Assembly: GCF_001194135.2 (NCBI RefSeq)
Contig: NC_068990.1
Coordinates: 48,322,400-48,386,399, forward strand
Direction of reading: 5' to 3'
Source of the DNA: Octopus bimaculoides
Lineage: Eukaryota
Length of the DNA: 64,000 nt
Below the pieces are notes generated by a model. That model was given only the letters and a program-made list of their open reading frames with translations. It was not told the origin of the DNA and did not search any database. Made by a program: the position numbers and the translations under genes. Shown piece by piece: positions 22,366 to 36,509 of the stretch. Numbering within the stretch: position 1 is the stretch's first letter; every line of letters begins with the position of its first letter.

Positions 22366-25365
22366 CTTAACTTAAAAGTGGGAAATATATGTGAAATCAT
22401 TCTTTAAATCAATGATGAAGCATATTATTATCAACAATAATAGATAGTAGATTAAGTGAGGAGATAAAGAACTAGAAGAAGACTTAATAAAGTATGTAAA
22501 TGTGGGAGATGATATAATGAGAAGAAAAAATGATCAGAGAATTGATATCTTCTGATATATTTTAGGTTTTACCTATTTTTTAACCTGATTTTGTTTATTG
22601 TTGGCCCTTAATCCCTTTCTATTTTCTAGGATCTAAATCTGCCCTAATATTAGTTCCACATTATTCCCTAACAAACATCTTCGCCCTACAGCAAAAATAT
22701 CATGCATCAATTTTTGCTGAATGACTGAATTTACTCAGAAATTTTTATGTATTTATTTTACACTAATTTATACTTATCATTTGGGTAGACATACTGGGTT
22801 CTATGATTTCCATCAAACCCCTTTTGTAGAATATCATTAAGCAGATCATTTTAACATTTTCTTAAGCAAGTAATGATGGAGACCAATGTAAATAGCTTAT
22901 TCTTGACTTGCTGATTTTGGAATATATACTGTAATTATATATCTTTCATCACGTCTAATGAGAAAAGCAATTGCTATAACCCAAGGAGCAGAACTTTCTA
23001 AACATAATAATAAGAGAGAATGAAAGAGAATGATATGATTTATGCTATCTTAGTATATACTATGAGATATTCATATCATACTATTTGGCATGAATATATA
23101 AGAGGAAATAGAGTTATACAGAATAGCTGCGCAACACCCTTTCTTCTTCAGAAAGAACAACATGTAATGTTTGGCTAGACACACAACTAGAAATGAATAG
23201 GTGATTATATCTGATAGTTTAGGGTGTGAGTGAGGAAAGGTAAGTAATTTTTAAAAATAAGCAAAGTCTATTGTAATAATGGTAGCAGTATGGCTATGAA
23301 TAACACTACTTCACAGTAAACTGTAATCTAGATAATAAGAATGAGGGAAAGTTAAGCAAGTCCATTAAATGGCTTTCTTCTTGATGAGGTCTAGAATGCC
23401 ATTGATCAAGGAAGAGTACCTTTTAGTAATAAAAAGAATACTCTGTTGCAATTTGCACTTCAGCTATTTTAAAGTAACAACAGACATTCAGTGTTAAAAC
23501 AGCCAAGTATATAACTTGCTCTGAAGAGACCAGAAATATACAAGCAAAAAAAAAACAGATTGAAAGTGAGATGCTTTTCAAAGAAATGCCAGTTATTTTG
23601 ACCAGAGCTTATGGAAGCTTATTCAAAATAACTGTAGCTTATTATTATGTATCTTAGCAATTATTTGGTCATTTCTCTATGAAATCTCACAACTATAAGC
23701 TCTCAAATTTCTAGTCATTTTTCAGTTAGCTTTGTATTTCATCACTGAAGTAGTTTCTTTCTTTCTCTCCCCCAACTTCCATATGAAAAAAAAAAGTTAT
23801 TTGATGAAGTACAAATGATTTGATAGCTATGGCTTTTTATAGGCCCACTAGACCCTCATAAATTATTATAGTAACAGAAGTATAAGTAGGGAGGATACTA
23901 AATTTAACAATTAATCATTCATTAATGAGGAAATAACTACACTGGTAGCAAGTAGTTTTCTCTGAGTTATGCAGTAGGATAATAGTAAATAAATAAAAAT
24001 GGATGAATACTTTCAACAAATTAAAACAACAAAACAAGCATATAGCAAAGCAAAGTTTATATGAACACAACATGTCAAGAATTTAAATCATACAATATCA
24101 TGCACATGCTTTTGGGATACAGACAGAGCATATTAAATTATAATCCAAAATTTTAAAATATGTGAAAATCAGTCAAATCCACATGAACAAAACTTATAAG
24201 GATTTCAAACATTTGTCCTTTAATCCATTAGTAAATTGTAAATCTTAAACTCAAAATAGTAACAAATTTCAAATGACAACAGTTATATAAGGAAAATTGT
24301 TTAGACATTCTAAATAATTTTTCTTATATATTGGCTTTTATCCCTGCTGAATGCAAAATTTATAAAAGCAAAAACTTAACACATGAAGCTTTTATAAAGT
24401 GAACACAGTTTAATGCTATCAATATTTTACTTATTCATTTACATTTAATTTTAAAATTTTTTTAATAAATATTCTCTCAAATAGACGGATAAAATATTTA
24501 ATTATAAAATATTTTGATATTCTGACTTAAAACAGTATGATATTCTATATATATTAGGTTTAAGACAATATAATTTTTAGAGATATTATGCATGTGTAAA
24601 CACAACAATATCAAAAAAAGAAAGGGAAATGAATTCGTATTTAGCTGTATCCATTTTTCAATGGCTATCTAGCTTCATTGGTTTTACTTAACATTAACAG
24701 TTAATTTTAAAGATATTAAACAAACTTAGTATGTACTGTAGTGGTTCTCAAGTGAAACACAGTAGTGCACTGCAAGAGGTATCTAATTATACAGCAGGTT
24801 TTTTAAATTGTAAGCTTTAGAAAATCATACTAATGTTATTATTCATAATTTTGTTATCTACAAATATGATTAATACAACAAGCTAAGCAAGCAACTTTCA
24901 ATTTGTTTTTGTTTTTTTTATTTTTATTTTTTAACATGAAAAAATACTTTTTTTAAACAAAATTTTTAATGTGATGTGTAGTATTAGTTTATTTCTTTTT
25001 ATTTATTTGATTTCCAGAGTGCCATGAAATCAGAAAAACTGAGAACTCTAGGTGTACAGTTTGTATATCATGTGAAGCATTTTTGCAAAGAAGCCACAGA
25101 AATAGGCTTTCAACATAAATCATTGAGAAAGATTTCATATTTATAAGCAACAAAGCAGTAATAGTAAGCTGCATATTGAAGGGAAATGTTAAAAGTTTGC
25201 AAGCACTATTAATAGAGAAGCCAAATATAGGGTAGGAACAATATTAGTAAGCACATATCATTTCCTCAAATATCTAAACAATTTCAGTCTTGTTTAATTT
25301 CCCGCCCTGAGCTCGATTTCTTATCCTATCACTCTTGATAGCACCTACAGATTTTACACATTGTC

Positions 25366-25546
25366 TGCTAAGCTTTCAGGTTTAGAACTTCTATCTCCAA
25401 GCACAGATTATAAAAGTAAACTTAAGCAAAGATTGTTGCGTTAGATAATACAAGTGGAATTCTATGCATGTAAGCAATATATGTGCTAAGCTTTCAGGTT
25501 TAGAACCCCTATCTACAAGCATTGATTGTAAAAGTAAACTTAAGCA
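25366..25546 (-). repeat. Two direct copies (118 bp apart) of an about 63-bp unit resembling a degenerate Penelope-type hammerhead
   Basis: Minus strand TGC-TTG(T/G)AGA-TAG...CCT-GAAAGCTT-AGCA in both copies; core mutated relative to CTGANGA. Confidence 0.45.
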
Positions 25547-25710
25547 ACTATAACAATGATTATTACATTAGAGAATACAAATAGGATTCAGTGTATGTAT
25601 GTATGTTTGATATATATATATATATATATATATGATGTACATTGCTTAATGTTAGGTGAATGAGTAAAGAGAGTTCAATACATGTTGTAGAGGATATAGT
25701 ATTTAATAAA

Positions 25711-25751
<41 letters not shown>

Positions 25752-28242
25752 TTATATATATATCTTAATATATAAAGCAGTGTGTATGCATGTTCCTTAT
25801 GCATTCAAAAACTTAGTTGCCAATTTTGACAATGTATGGGGTGTCAAAAGATTCAGTAATCTTTTGGTTACCAAATAAACTTTATTTTCATTTACATATT
25901 TGCATTGCAAAAATTAACATTATAATCTTTCTATAAGTCAAGTATCATAAACAACATTTTATACCACCACCACCATGACATTACATTTTCTATATGAGTG
26001 TGTATGTATCTGTGAGTGTGTGTGTGTTTGCATGTTCATTACGACTTTAGGCCGATGGCTGAGAAGAGTATATGTATGTGACAACATATGCATACATTTT
26101 TGTGACGACTGACACACACATACACGTCTAAAGCAAGAGACACATACACAGGGGGACAGAGATAAGCCTGAGGTATGCATGAATGTGTCTCTCTGTGTCT
26201 GTATTAGTATATGTATGTGACATATGGGGTGTCAAAAGATTCAGTAATTGAGTGCCATTTTTAAAAAAGAGTAAAAGGAAAGGAAATGTTCCATATCATA
26301 AGGCAAAAATGTCATGTGTTTAGTATAAACAGTGAAAACTAAGATGAAATAATTGCTATTCCATCGTGTAATGACTTCGCCCTGAACTCATACTCAATTT
26401 GATAACAGACTGCGCATCAGTATTTATCTGGGGGCTTGGCATCCAGATCTGTGAGACCTACAAATGCCGCTATTAGGACTGGATTAATATCCATATTGAC
26501 CCTAACAACTAAAAAGATTTTCCTGCCCCTATATAGGATCTTTTTTTATCCAACCACTTGAAGGTTTATCTTGCTCCAGTCTACTCAAGCTGGCCAAAAT
26601 GAGTTATAGCTGTAATTGAAAGGGCCAACTTTATCATATTCTGTGTGAGGCTGAATCTCCCTGAGAACTACGTTAATGGTATGCATGTCCGTGGAGTACT
26701 CAGCCACTTGTGAGTTAATTTTATCCTCATGTGGTAATGAAAAGTGAAAGTGACATCCAATATTAGCTGTAGTTATTTGTCTTTGATTTAACAATGTGTC
26801 TATGTATCAACTTTTCTTTTGATCTGTATATCTACTGTCTCTCTCTCATTTACTCTTTCATTTCCTCTGTGTCCCTCTTCTCTCCTGCTTTTAATTTAAC
26901 AATGTATGTATATGTATCTACTTTTCTTTCGACGTATGCATCAGTCTACTCTGAAAATACTGATAAACATTTTACCTCTCCCTTCAGCTGTAGAAAAGTA
27001 ACATTCACAGCTATTTGCTGAGAGAGAGACAGACAGAGGGAGAGAGAGACAGACAGAGGGAGAGAGAGTGTGTGTGTCAGAGAGAGAGGCAGACAGAAAG
27101 AATAACAGTCAGACAAATAAATAGATAGATAGATAGATAGGCAACATTTCTTTTTGGAATTTCCATATTTTCAACGAAAAGTTATCCAGCATTTTCTGTA
27201 TGAGAATGGTTCCATTCTCTTTCACTATTATTCTCTATCTACTCTCTTCTTTCGCTCAGTCTATCTCTCTAAATTTCTCTCTCTTTCCCCCTCCCTCCCC
27301 TATGTCTCTTTGCCTCTAAATGTCTCCCTGCATTTAACACGTTATACTTCTCTTACCTCTCAGCACTATTAATCCCCACCTCTCTCTCTCTTACTTCCTC
27401 CTGTTTGCCACTTTGCCTCTCACTTCAACTATATTTCCTCTGCTTCTGTCCCTCCCTGCTCTCCTGCTTTACCGCTCACTTCAAGTATACCTCCTCTGCT
27501 TAACACCTTTTATTTCTCTTTTTCTTTGCACCTCTCCCTTCAACCTCTTTCTTTGAAGTGTGACATACACGACAAGTACAAACAAAAACAAATAAAAACT
27601 AAGTGTATTAATATTATAGATATATCCATGTAAATAAACTGAACATTTTAAATTTTCACCTACAGTTCAAAACTGGGTAATTCTGTCAGCTGCAAACATT
27701 TGTTTCTTGCTTTGTTTCATTTATTATCTAAAATATATTAAGTTTCAACTACCTTGCTGTTTAATAATAATCTCCTTTAGCTACACACTGTATCAAGATT
27801 CATAAGTTAGAAATATAAATGATCGTTTTTAAAATATTCTAATATTTATTATCTCTAGATTTAATTTGTGATTTTAAATTTATGGAAGTCATCACTAAGA
27901 AAATGGAGAAAAAATAAAAGAAAATGAGTAAATAAATAATCAAGATAGACACATGCACACTCCCTCAACAGAGGAAACTTGCATTCCCCTTTAAAGTTTT
28001 TGAGACACTCCAACATAGTCTTGACATTACCTAGAGAGATTGCAAGGTTATGGTGCTGGAATAGCCAAGCACCTTCCCAAGCATCATCTGACACTTCAGG
28101 GAGATGAAATGCTAACTATGTTAAAAACTTTCTCATCAGCAGTTCAGCACCCTGCAACATCTCAAAAGCCACAGGTAGAAAACTGTATTGACAGATTTTC
28201 AGAGCTTTATTTCAGATACAGATGTAGTTACCTCCATCTTAC

Positions 28243-28355
28243 CCACAGCATCAAAGACATGTGATTAGCAAATGGTAGCATCCTATACATGACGCTTGTC
28301 TCTAATCCAAAAGCAAAGAGTGATTCTATCAGGGCTCTTAACATTCTCACTGACT
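28243..28355 (-). CDS. Possible upstream exon (SVRMLRALIESLFAFGLETSVMYRMLPFANHMSLMLW)
   Basis: Acceptor tactcccttcaattctag| and donor TGG|GTAAGA; open in phase 1 to phase 0. No recognisable homology. Confidence 0.25.
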
Positions 28356-29877
28356 CTAGAATTGAAGGGAGTATTAAGATATTCATTCTATTATTTGCAA
28401 TATCTTACTGATATTACCAATATCTTACTGATATCAACTAAAGAGAAATAAAAAGAAAAGCCAATTTCAGTAGAATTTGGAAACATAAATTACAAGACTC
28501 TTTTGCATCTAGTTCCATGTGCTACAGAAAAGAAATTTGAAATTAACTAATTCTATTCTATATGCTGAATAACCAAATTGATTAGGAACAAAGAAAGACT
28601 ATAGTATCAGTACTTGTTATACTTAAGTTATTAAAACAAGCAACTCTTAAGAATTTGTGATCTATTTAGGATGATTTTTAAAAACAGTTTCATGACAATA
28701 TTAATGAACTGAAATAGAAAGTCAGAAAGGAAAAGTTGTTTGAGCTATAGATGTTTAATATTTCATTTATGATAAATGTCAGAAAAAATATGTACAATGT
28801 ATATCAAAATATGGACACAGGGAACATTTTATTTAGACTTATTTGTAGGCTTAAGACATAGATATAAATGTTTCAGGCTACTGTTGCTTGGCACTACACT
28901 AACTAGCATCTACATCAAAAATTCTTTCAATGATAGAAGAAATATTGTGATGATCTAACACCTATAATATTTTAAAGAAATTTCTAGAGATTACAGGACT
29001 AAATTAACTTTCATAGCACTCGCTATTAAGCATAAGTAATTTTCACATCTCTGATTTAGCATAAAATGATATATGGTTCTAAGAAACTATAAACTCTCTT
29101 AACATGTCAGCTATGCCCAAGTGATGTACGCATTGTTACTGGAGCTGCTAAGTGGTCTAAATATTTTGATCTTCTGTAAACATGATATAATCTAGAAATT
29201 GCACCAAATGCAACCAGCAATGAAGAATAAGGCAATAACATAATAAAGCAAAAAGTTCTTAGCATCAAATGTATTTCTTTTATTACTCAGAGAAAAGCAT
29301 TTCATTATAAAACAATTTTCTGATTTTTTGATTTCTAATTCTGGCACAAGGTCATACATTTGTAGAGAAGTTCTTACTCTTATAATTTCATTCAAATCTG
29401 GTATGCTTCATAAGAACACTAAATCTACCTCACACTGGGATTTGGGTTTTTTTTAGCCTCTAAAGGATGTAAAATGAAGTTGAGATTGGTGGGACATGAT
29501 CTCATGATATAGCCATAGCTAAATACCACAAGCATTTTGTCTGATGTTCTAAAGATTCTATTATCCTACCATTTATAGTTAATTTTATTTATCCAAGAAC
29601 AGTTCTTGGTTTTACTGGTAGAGTCAGTTCCAATGGAATTTGACCTCAGAACATAAAAATTTGTAACTATATACTGCTTTGTATTTAGTTCAGTTCTCTA
29701 CTATTTCTGCTATTCATTAGCTTCTAAAATAAGACAATTAAAAGGATTTAATCTCTGTTCATCATCAGCTACATATATATTATGTAAATGTGCATGGGCT
29801 GGAATTGAACTTACAAACCATTATTTCATGCGACACAAGAGTTCAACAATATATAAATTGGTAACTCTTAAAAAAGG

Positions 29878-29921
<44 letters not shown>

Positions 29922-30087
29922 CATATATGCAACAATTTCAGGTTTGTTATTTGTTACATTTATCTAACGATTTGAGCAATTTAAACAATAACTGAAGTAA
30001 TGTAATGGGAGAGTAACAGGTTAAACAGAATCCTCTATCTGTGTTTCTCGATATGTAGGGTGACATATATATATATATATATATATA

Positions 30088-30568
30088 NNNNNNNNNNNNN
30101 NNNNNNNNNNNNNNNNNNNNNNNNNNNNNNNNNNNNNNNNNNNNNNNNNNNNNNNNNNNNNNNNNNNNNNNNNNNNNNNNNNNNNNNNNNNNNNNNNNNN
30201 NNNNNNNNNNNNNNNNNNNNNNNNNNNNNNNNNNNNNNNNNNNNNNNNNNNNNNNNNNNNNNNNNNNNNNNNNNNNNNNNNNNNNNNNNNNNNNNNNNNN
30301 NNNNNNNNNNNNNNNNNNNNNNNNNNNNNNNNNNNNNNNNNNNNNNNNNNNNNNNNNNNNNNNNNNNNNNNNNNNNNNNNNNNNNNNNNNNNNNNNNNNN
30401 NNNNNNNNNNNACACACATATATATATATATACATATATATACATATATACATATATATACACACACACACACACATATATATATATACATATATATACA
30501 TATATACATATATATACACACACACACATATATATATATATACATATATATATATACATATATATATA

Positions 30569-30634
<66 letters not shown>

Positions 30635-30675
30635 CACACACATATATATATATATACACACACATATATATATAT
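30088..30675. repeat. Assembly gap (30088-30411) inside a compound (TA)n/(CA)n microsatellite
   Basis: N run flanked by TA/CA arrays. Similar TA-flanked gaps at 35968-36019 and 50739-51436. Confidence 0.95.
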
Positions 30676-30977
30676 ACACTATAGCCTCAGGCTGACCAAA
30701 GCCTTGTGTGTGGATTTTGTACATGGAAAATGAAAGAAGAGTGTTGTGTATATGTGTATATATGTCTGTGTGTCTGTATTGGTACCCCCACTATCACTTG
30801 ACAACCAGTGTTGTGTTTAGATCCCTGTAACTTAGGGGTTCGGCAAATGACTCCGATAGAATAAGTACTAGGCTTTTAAAGAATAAATCCTGGTCTCAAT
30901 TTGTTTGACTAAAGGTGGTGCTCTCAGCATGGCTGCAGTAACATGACTAAAACAAAAAAAAACTAGGCAATTTTAAT

Positions 30978-31005
30978 CCCGAGCAATGCTGGGTATCTCT
31001 GCTAG
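30978..31005 (+). mobile_element. Helitron-like 3' terminus remnant
   Basis: ccc gagcaatgct ggg hairpin followed 8 nt later by CTAG-T. Confidence 0.3.
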
Positions 31006-34000
31006 TATATTTATAAAATCAATATTCATTGCTGACAGTTTTGAAAACATGGAAAATGTCATTGAAAAAGACGTGCATAATTGCACACATATATGAACAC
31101 ACCGTTCCCCACCTTTCAGGAGACTTTAATGAACTGAGAGAGAGATAGGGAGAAGAAGAGGGGGAGAGAGAGAAGGAGAGGGGAAGAGAGAGAGTGGTGG
31201 GGGTGAAACAGCTCTCATTTTTAATCAAACTTCTCTTTTATCTCCTCTGCTATAGAAGAAATGACAAAATGACAACAGGCATGAAAGGTTTCAAATGTTT
31301 AGTTAATCTTCTAATAATGATGATGGTGACTTCTTTTATCAATCAATTCAGTCATTGTTGATATTCATTACTAGAATCATTTATACAAAAATGTATGTTA
31401 TCATACCTTTATTGTTTTAGCAAATTTATTGAGAAAAATCTAATTCCTTTCTTAAAATGACTTTTAGACAACTGTTAACATTTAGTGCAATAACGAGCAT
31501 CAATAATGAGAGATGGGTTATGTTCTGCTATTTTGATACAAAAATAACACCTTCACTACAAAAATATCATTCACTGTGCTATGCACAGTATACATTCTCT
31601 CCTCAGATACTGGTCCTCATGCTCCTTGGTGATTAGAAATTCAGTAGCAAGATCATCCAAGCTAAAACTTTCATAAGGAGAATTGGATCCCACTGATCCA
31701 GGCTATTCTAGAACAGTGCACCTCAAAACAAAACAAAAAAAATAAAATAGCTAAAGACTCCAATAGCAGAATAAGTGGATGAAAACCTATGATCTCAATG
31801 GCTAAAGTGGTAAAATAGGACAGCACAAGATAAACTGTCTATGAAGGCACAGCTCAAGCAAAGTCAACTTTGCCTTTCATCCTTTTGAGGTCAATAAAAT
31901 AAGTACCAGTTGAACACTGGGGTCAATGTAATCAACTAGTCCTGCCTCTCAAAAGCTCAGGCTTTGTGCCTATAGAAGAAAGCATATTGTTATTTTTGCA
32001 TTAAACTAGAAAACTGTTAATTAGAGTTAATGGGACAAAACTGGTAGCCTTTTTTGGAATCAGTGCTGCATATATACCCATAAAATAAGACTAATTTCGA
32101 ATGCATCAAAATCTAAGGTGCAACTGAGAATTCTCAAAATATATCCAAGAATAGGTCGAAGATTTGTTTTTGTTGTTTCTGTGTTTTGCATAAGAGAGAT
32201 TTTAAACTCCTATTTTCAGTAAACATCATTGTCACCAGATTATGAGAGCCTGCTTTGGCCATGGTTTTTTTCAATTAACTCTGATTGTGTTTTTTTATTG
32301 CCTTTTTTATTGGTTTGATCTGGATGGATGGGCTATGTCTGTGGCTTTCATGGGCCCTCCAAGACTGAAGCTACATCATTTTTACTAGATTATGAGAACC
32401 TGCTTGATGTTAATGCTTCTCTTGAATAGTATGTACTTGAGAGAGATAGAAAAGAAAGAGAGAGAGTGAGCAGAAGTAGAAAGAAAAAGAAAGTAGAATG
32501 AGCAAGAGAGAGAGAATAGAAAGACCAGAGAGAGGGGTATGAAAGAGGATAAAGTTACAGGTAGGGAGGGAGATAGAGAAACTACCATTAAGAGAAAGGT
32601 TTATATAGTCAAATCTAATGTTTAAAGCTGCTATGGTAATGATATTTTTGAAGCAATTAATCATTTGTTCTATGCCAAACTAGCAATGGTTAAACAGATT
32701 TCATAAAATTGACAAAAAAGAGAAATATTTGTCAGGCCATTATTGATGGATGGTAGTGGGTGGGTTACAGTAACTTTATAATAATAATATGAATAAATGG
32801 CCATAATATTAAAATATCCCCCCCCCCCCCACCTTTTTTTCATTTTTAGAGATGTGGAATTTTTGTTAATCTACATTCTTTTTTAATCTTCTACTACTTA
32901 GCCCAAGAAAGAAGGACAGCACCTATGACCTTTTACAAAATCTCAGAGACTGGCAACTGGAAGTTGTCCTCATTCTAGACACTTGGTCTAGGAATTACAA
33001 GAGAGAGGAGTCCACTAAAATCACTCAAAGGATTAGGTTGTGGTCACCCAAAGGATTAGGTTGTGATCTTCACCTGGTCAATGGATTAAGTCTACTGTCC
33101 AAGATCATGAACAATCCCTTTGACAGATTTAGAGTTTCTCTCTACTAAATATCATTAACAAGGCTTTGATCAACCCAAAGCCAAGATACTAACCCAAGAT
33201 GTCACACAGTAGGATTAAATCTGAAACCATGTGCTGGCAATACAAAATTTTGAACAACACAACTATGCCTGCATTGATGAAATTTGTAAAATAAATTGTA
33301 AATGTGTACCTTGTTTACTACCAAAGCAATGAAATCTCCAAGTCCAATTAAATGACACAACATATACTAGATATAACCACATATAACCATATATACTAGA
33401 CCAAGGACAAGCAACTTTTCATGAGAAGCAGGCTGCATGAGACACGGTTCATCATCAGGCAGGTCACACTATTAGAAAAAAATTCAAGTAACTTTTTCTT
33501 TTAAGTATGCCATTCAGAAAGTCCTGTGGACTGTACATTGCCCAGATTGTATTAGACATTGACAGATATTTTGGTAGCTGACTGTTCCAAACCAAAATTC
33601 TGAATGTCTAGAAATTAAAATTTCATCTCAAACACAAATCTCAAGTTAGCTGAGTAACAAACAGTAATGAAAAAAAATAGAAAATATAAAGTCCAATGAA
33701 TTGTAATGGTGAGGGATCCTTTCTATGGTTATTCAACCTCCTAAAACTAGCTACCAAATTATACTAAATCACATATTTGTAATTTGAACTTCTAAACAAC
33801 AAAACCATGAGATGAAATAAGTAAAAAAACAAATGTGACTATGTATTTCATCACTGCCAAAACAAGGAAATCTCCCCAATTAAGGTTCAGTGATATAGCC
33901 ACGCATAAAGGCAGCAGTACTTTAACTGCTTTAGAGGTGTGTATGACAACATTAGTTCATGTTGTCTTATATACATTTATAAAAACAGGATGATCAGAGT

Positions 34001-34782
34001 TAGGATGCATTTAATTATATGCCTGCTTAAGCAGGGTTGATCTGAAACTAGACAACTAAAACTCAAGGGAACTAATGATTGCTTGCATCCACAAAAAGAT
34101 TATATTAATAAAATTGAGAGAGAGAAACAGAGAAAGTGAGTGAGAGAGATGGAGTGTGTGTGTGTTGTGGGTAGAAGCAAGTTCAAATATTTGAGTTTGT
34201 GGTGGGTCAAGACACACCTTTGAAGAAACATGAAAATCTTCATGAAACATCAGAACTCATCTTTCTCTCTCTTCAGCACACAAACTTATCTGATTTTACC
34301 AATTTTAGTGACTGACAAACACTAGTTGAAATTTAAACCATTCTTTTCGAAAACAGTCAATACTTACTCCATGTCTGTATTCTATATTTTATACATCAAA
34401 AGGAAGCATTCAAATAAACACTGACAATTGAACTTCTCAACTGTTCTGATGTAAGGTTTTAGTGTTTCTTTTAAAAGAAACATCACAACTATCTGGATTT
34501 CAATAAAATTAGATCTCATGCATGACATTAAGTATAAAACAGTGGTAAGTGGTAACTATTTATTGTTGTTATTGTGGTGGTGGTGGTTTCCTTCAAATGT
34601 TAACATTGTAGATTTTTTTTAACTTATACATATATGCATAACTTTGTAGTATTAGTTTGTCCAAATTTGCTATCTATTCAAAAACAGACCATTACTTTAC
34701 TTGAAAGACTGATTCCTTTTGCAATTTCAAGTGGTAAAATATTATCACCATCATCATTATTATTATTATTATTATTATTATT

Positions 34783-35259
34783 GTTCAGTAGTTTTATTTT
34801 TATAACGTGCTTTCACTTCACTACCGAGCGCAGCTCTGTGCGCCTTGGGTATGTGCTGTGGTTTGCTGTGGTGCTTTTATGGTTACTGTATTGAAAGTGT
34901 TTTGCGTAGGATGTGTGCTGTGCCTAGTAGTGCAATTTTCTGTATGTTATATATATTTGTAAGTCCTGGTGTTTTTGTTATGTATTTGTCTGAATATTTT
35001 TTTTATTATACCTAAGGCACCTACTATAATAGGAATTGTTTCTGTTTTTAGATTCCACATTCGAGTTACCTCTATTTCCAGGTCTTTGTATTTTGAAAGT
35101 TTCTCCATTTCTTTTAGAGAGACGTTGTCATCTGCTGGTATTGATACATCAATTAGAAAGCATTTTTTTTCTTCATGATTTTTGACAACTATATCTGGTC
35201 TATTTACCTTAATTTCTCTATCTGTGTGTATTGGCATATCCCAGAGTATGGTTGCTTTC
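34783..35259 (-). mobile_element. 5'-truncated R4/Dong-type non-LTR retrotransposon (restriction-like endonuclease domain) in a (TAA/TGA)n microsatellite
   Basis: ILWDMPIHTDREIKVNRPDIVVK...LIDVSIPADDNV..KEMEKLSKYKDL...IIVGALG = PD-(D/E)xK REL motif; triplet microsatellite on both sides. Confidence 0.85.
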
Positions 35260-35921
35260 TATCATTATTATCATTATCATCATCATTATTATTATTATCA
35301 TCATCATTATTATTATTATTATCATTATATGGTTCAGTACCATCAAAATAAGAAAATAACTTTCGCACACTCTTGTGTAAAGTTTTGTATATATTTTAAC
35401 CATAAAACTTTAAAAACAAAAACTTCACTGGTAATCCTTCTAAGCCCAATAAAGTGATACCACTGCTACTTGTTTCAGTGATTAAACTATGGCTATGCAG
35501 GAGCACCACCACAAAGCGTCTAGTCAAAGAAATCAACCCTAGTACTTAATTTTTTAAAAAGTCTGATATTTATGCAATCAATCTCTTATTGCCAAAGAGC
35601 TAAGTTATAGAGACATTATCAAATAGAGAAAATCTAGAGAAAATTTATTGAGTAAATTTCATTAATATCATCATCAGCACCTTCACCATTTAAATGTTCA
35701 CTTTTCCATGCTCACATGAGTTGAATGGAATTTGTTGAGGTGGATTTTCTATGGTCAGATGCCCTTTCTGTCACGAACCATCACCTATTTCCAAGTTAGG
35801 CAGATATGTTTCAATGGAAAATTGGAAATGAAGGACACCACTTGCATGATGGTTACAACTATCACATGAAGTTAACCAGAGAGACAGTAACACACACACA
35901 CACTCACACATATGTATGTAT

Positions 35922-35967
<46 letters not shown>

Positions 35968-36019
35968 NNNNNNNNNNNNNNNNNNNNNNNNNNNNNNNNN
36001 NNNNNNNNNNNNNNNNNNN

Positions 36020-36062
<43 letters not shown>

Positions 36063-36509
36063 TACTCAGAAGGATAGATATACACAGATACATCAATATA
36101 TACAGCAGGCTTCTTCCAGTTTCTGTCTACCAAATCCACTCATAAGGCTTTGGCTGGCCTAGGGATGTAGTAGAGGATACTTGCCCAAGATACCACACAG
36201 TGGGACTGAACCTGAAACCAATTGGCTGGGAAACAAACCTCTTACTACACAGTTGTGCAATGATCATATAGTATAGCGTACAGATTCCAAGCTAAAAACA
36301 AAATAAAATTCAAAAAATCGTTTACAAGCGTTTTTCTTTAGCTTGGACTCTCAATATATCTGCACATATACTCTGTCTCTCTCCTTCCTTCTCTCTCTTT
36401 CTCCCACCCCAGCACAAAAGACTGTTCAACTGTTGATCTAACTATGTCAAGCACAGACTTGGAACCACACCCACCACTATAGTTAACTACTAAAACCAAC
36501 ACAGGTGTC

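Noticed and set aside
29192-29395. Minus-strand ORF ending in a hydrophobic tail (possible tail-anchored alternative C-terminus)
   Set aside because: Weak polypyrimidine tract; hydrophobic translations are the default in AT-rich DNA.
34215-34255. Hammerhead-like TTTGAAGA...CATG...CATG-AAAC
   Set aside because: No stem I pairing and no palindromic helix III with NUH; too degenerate to call.
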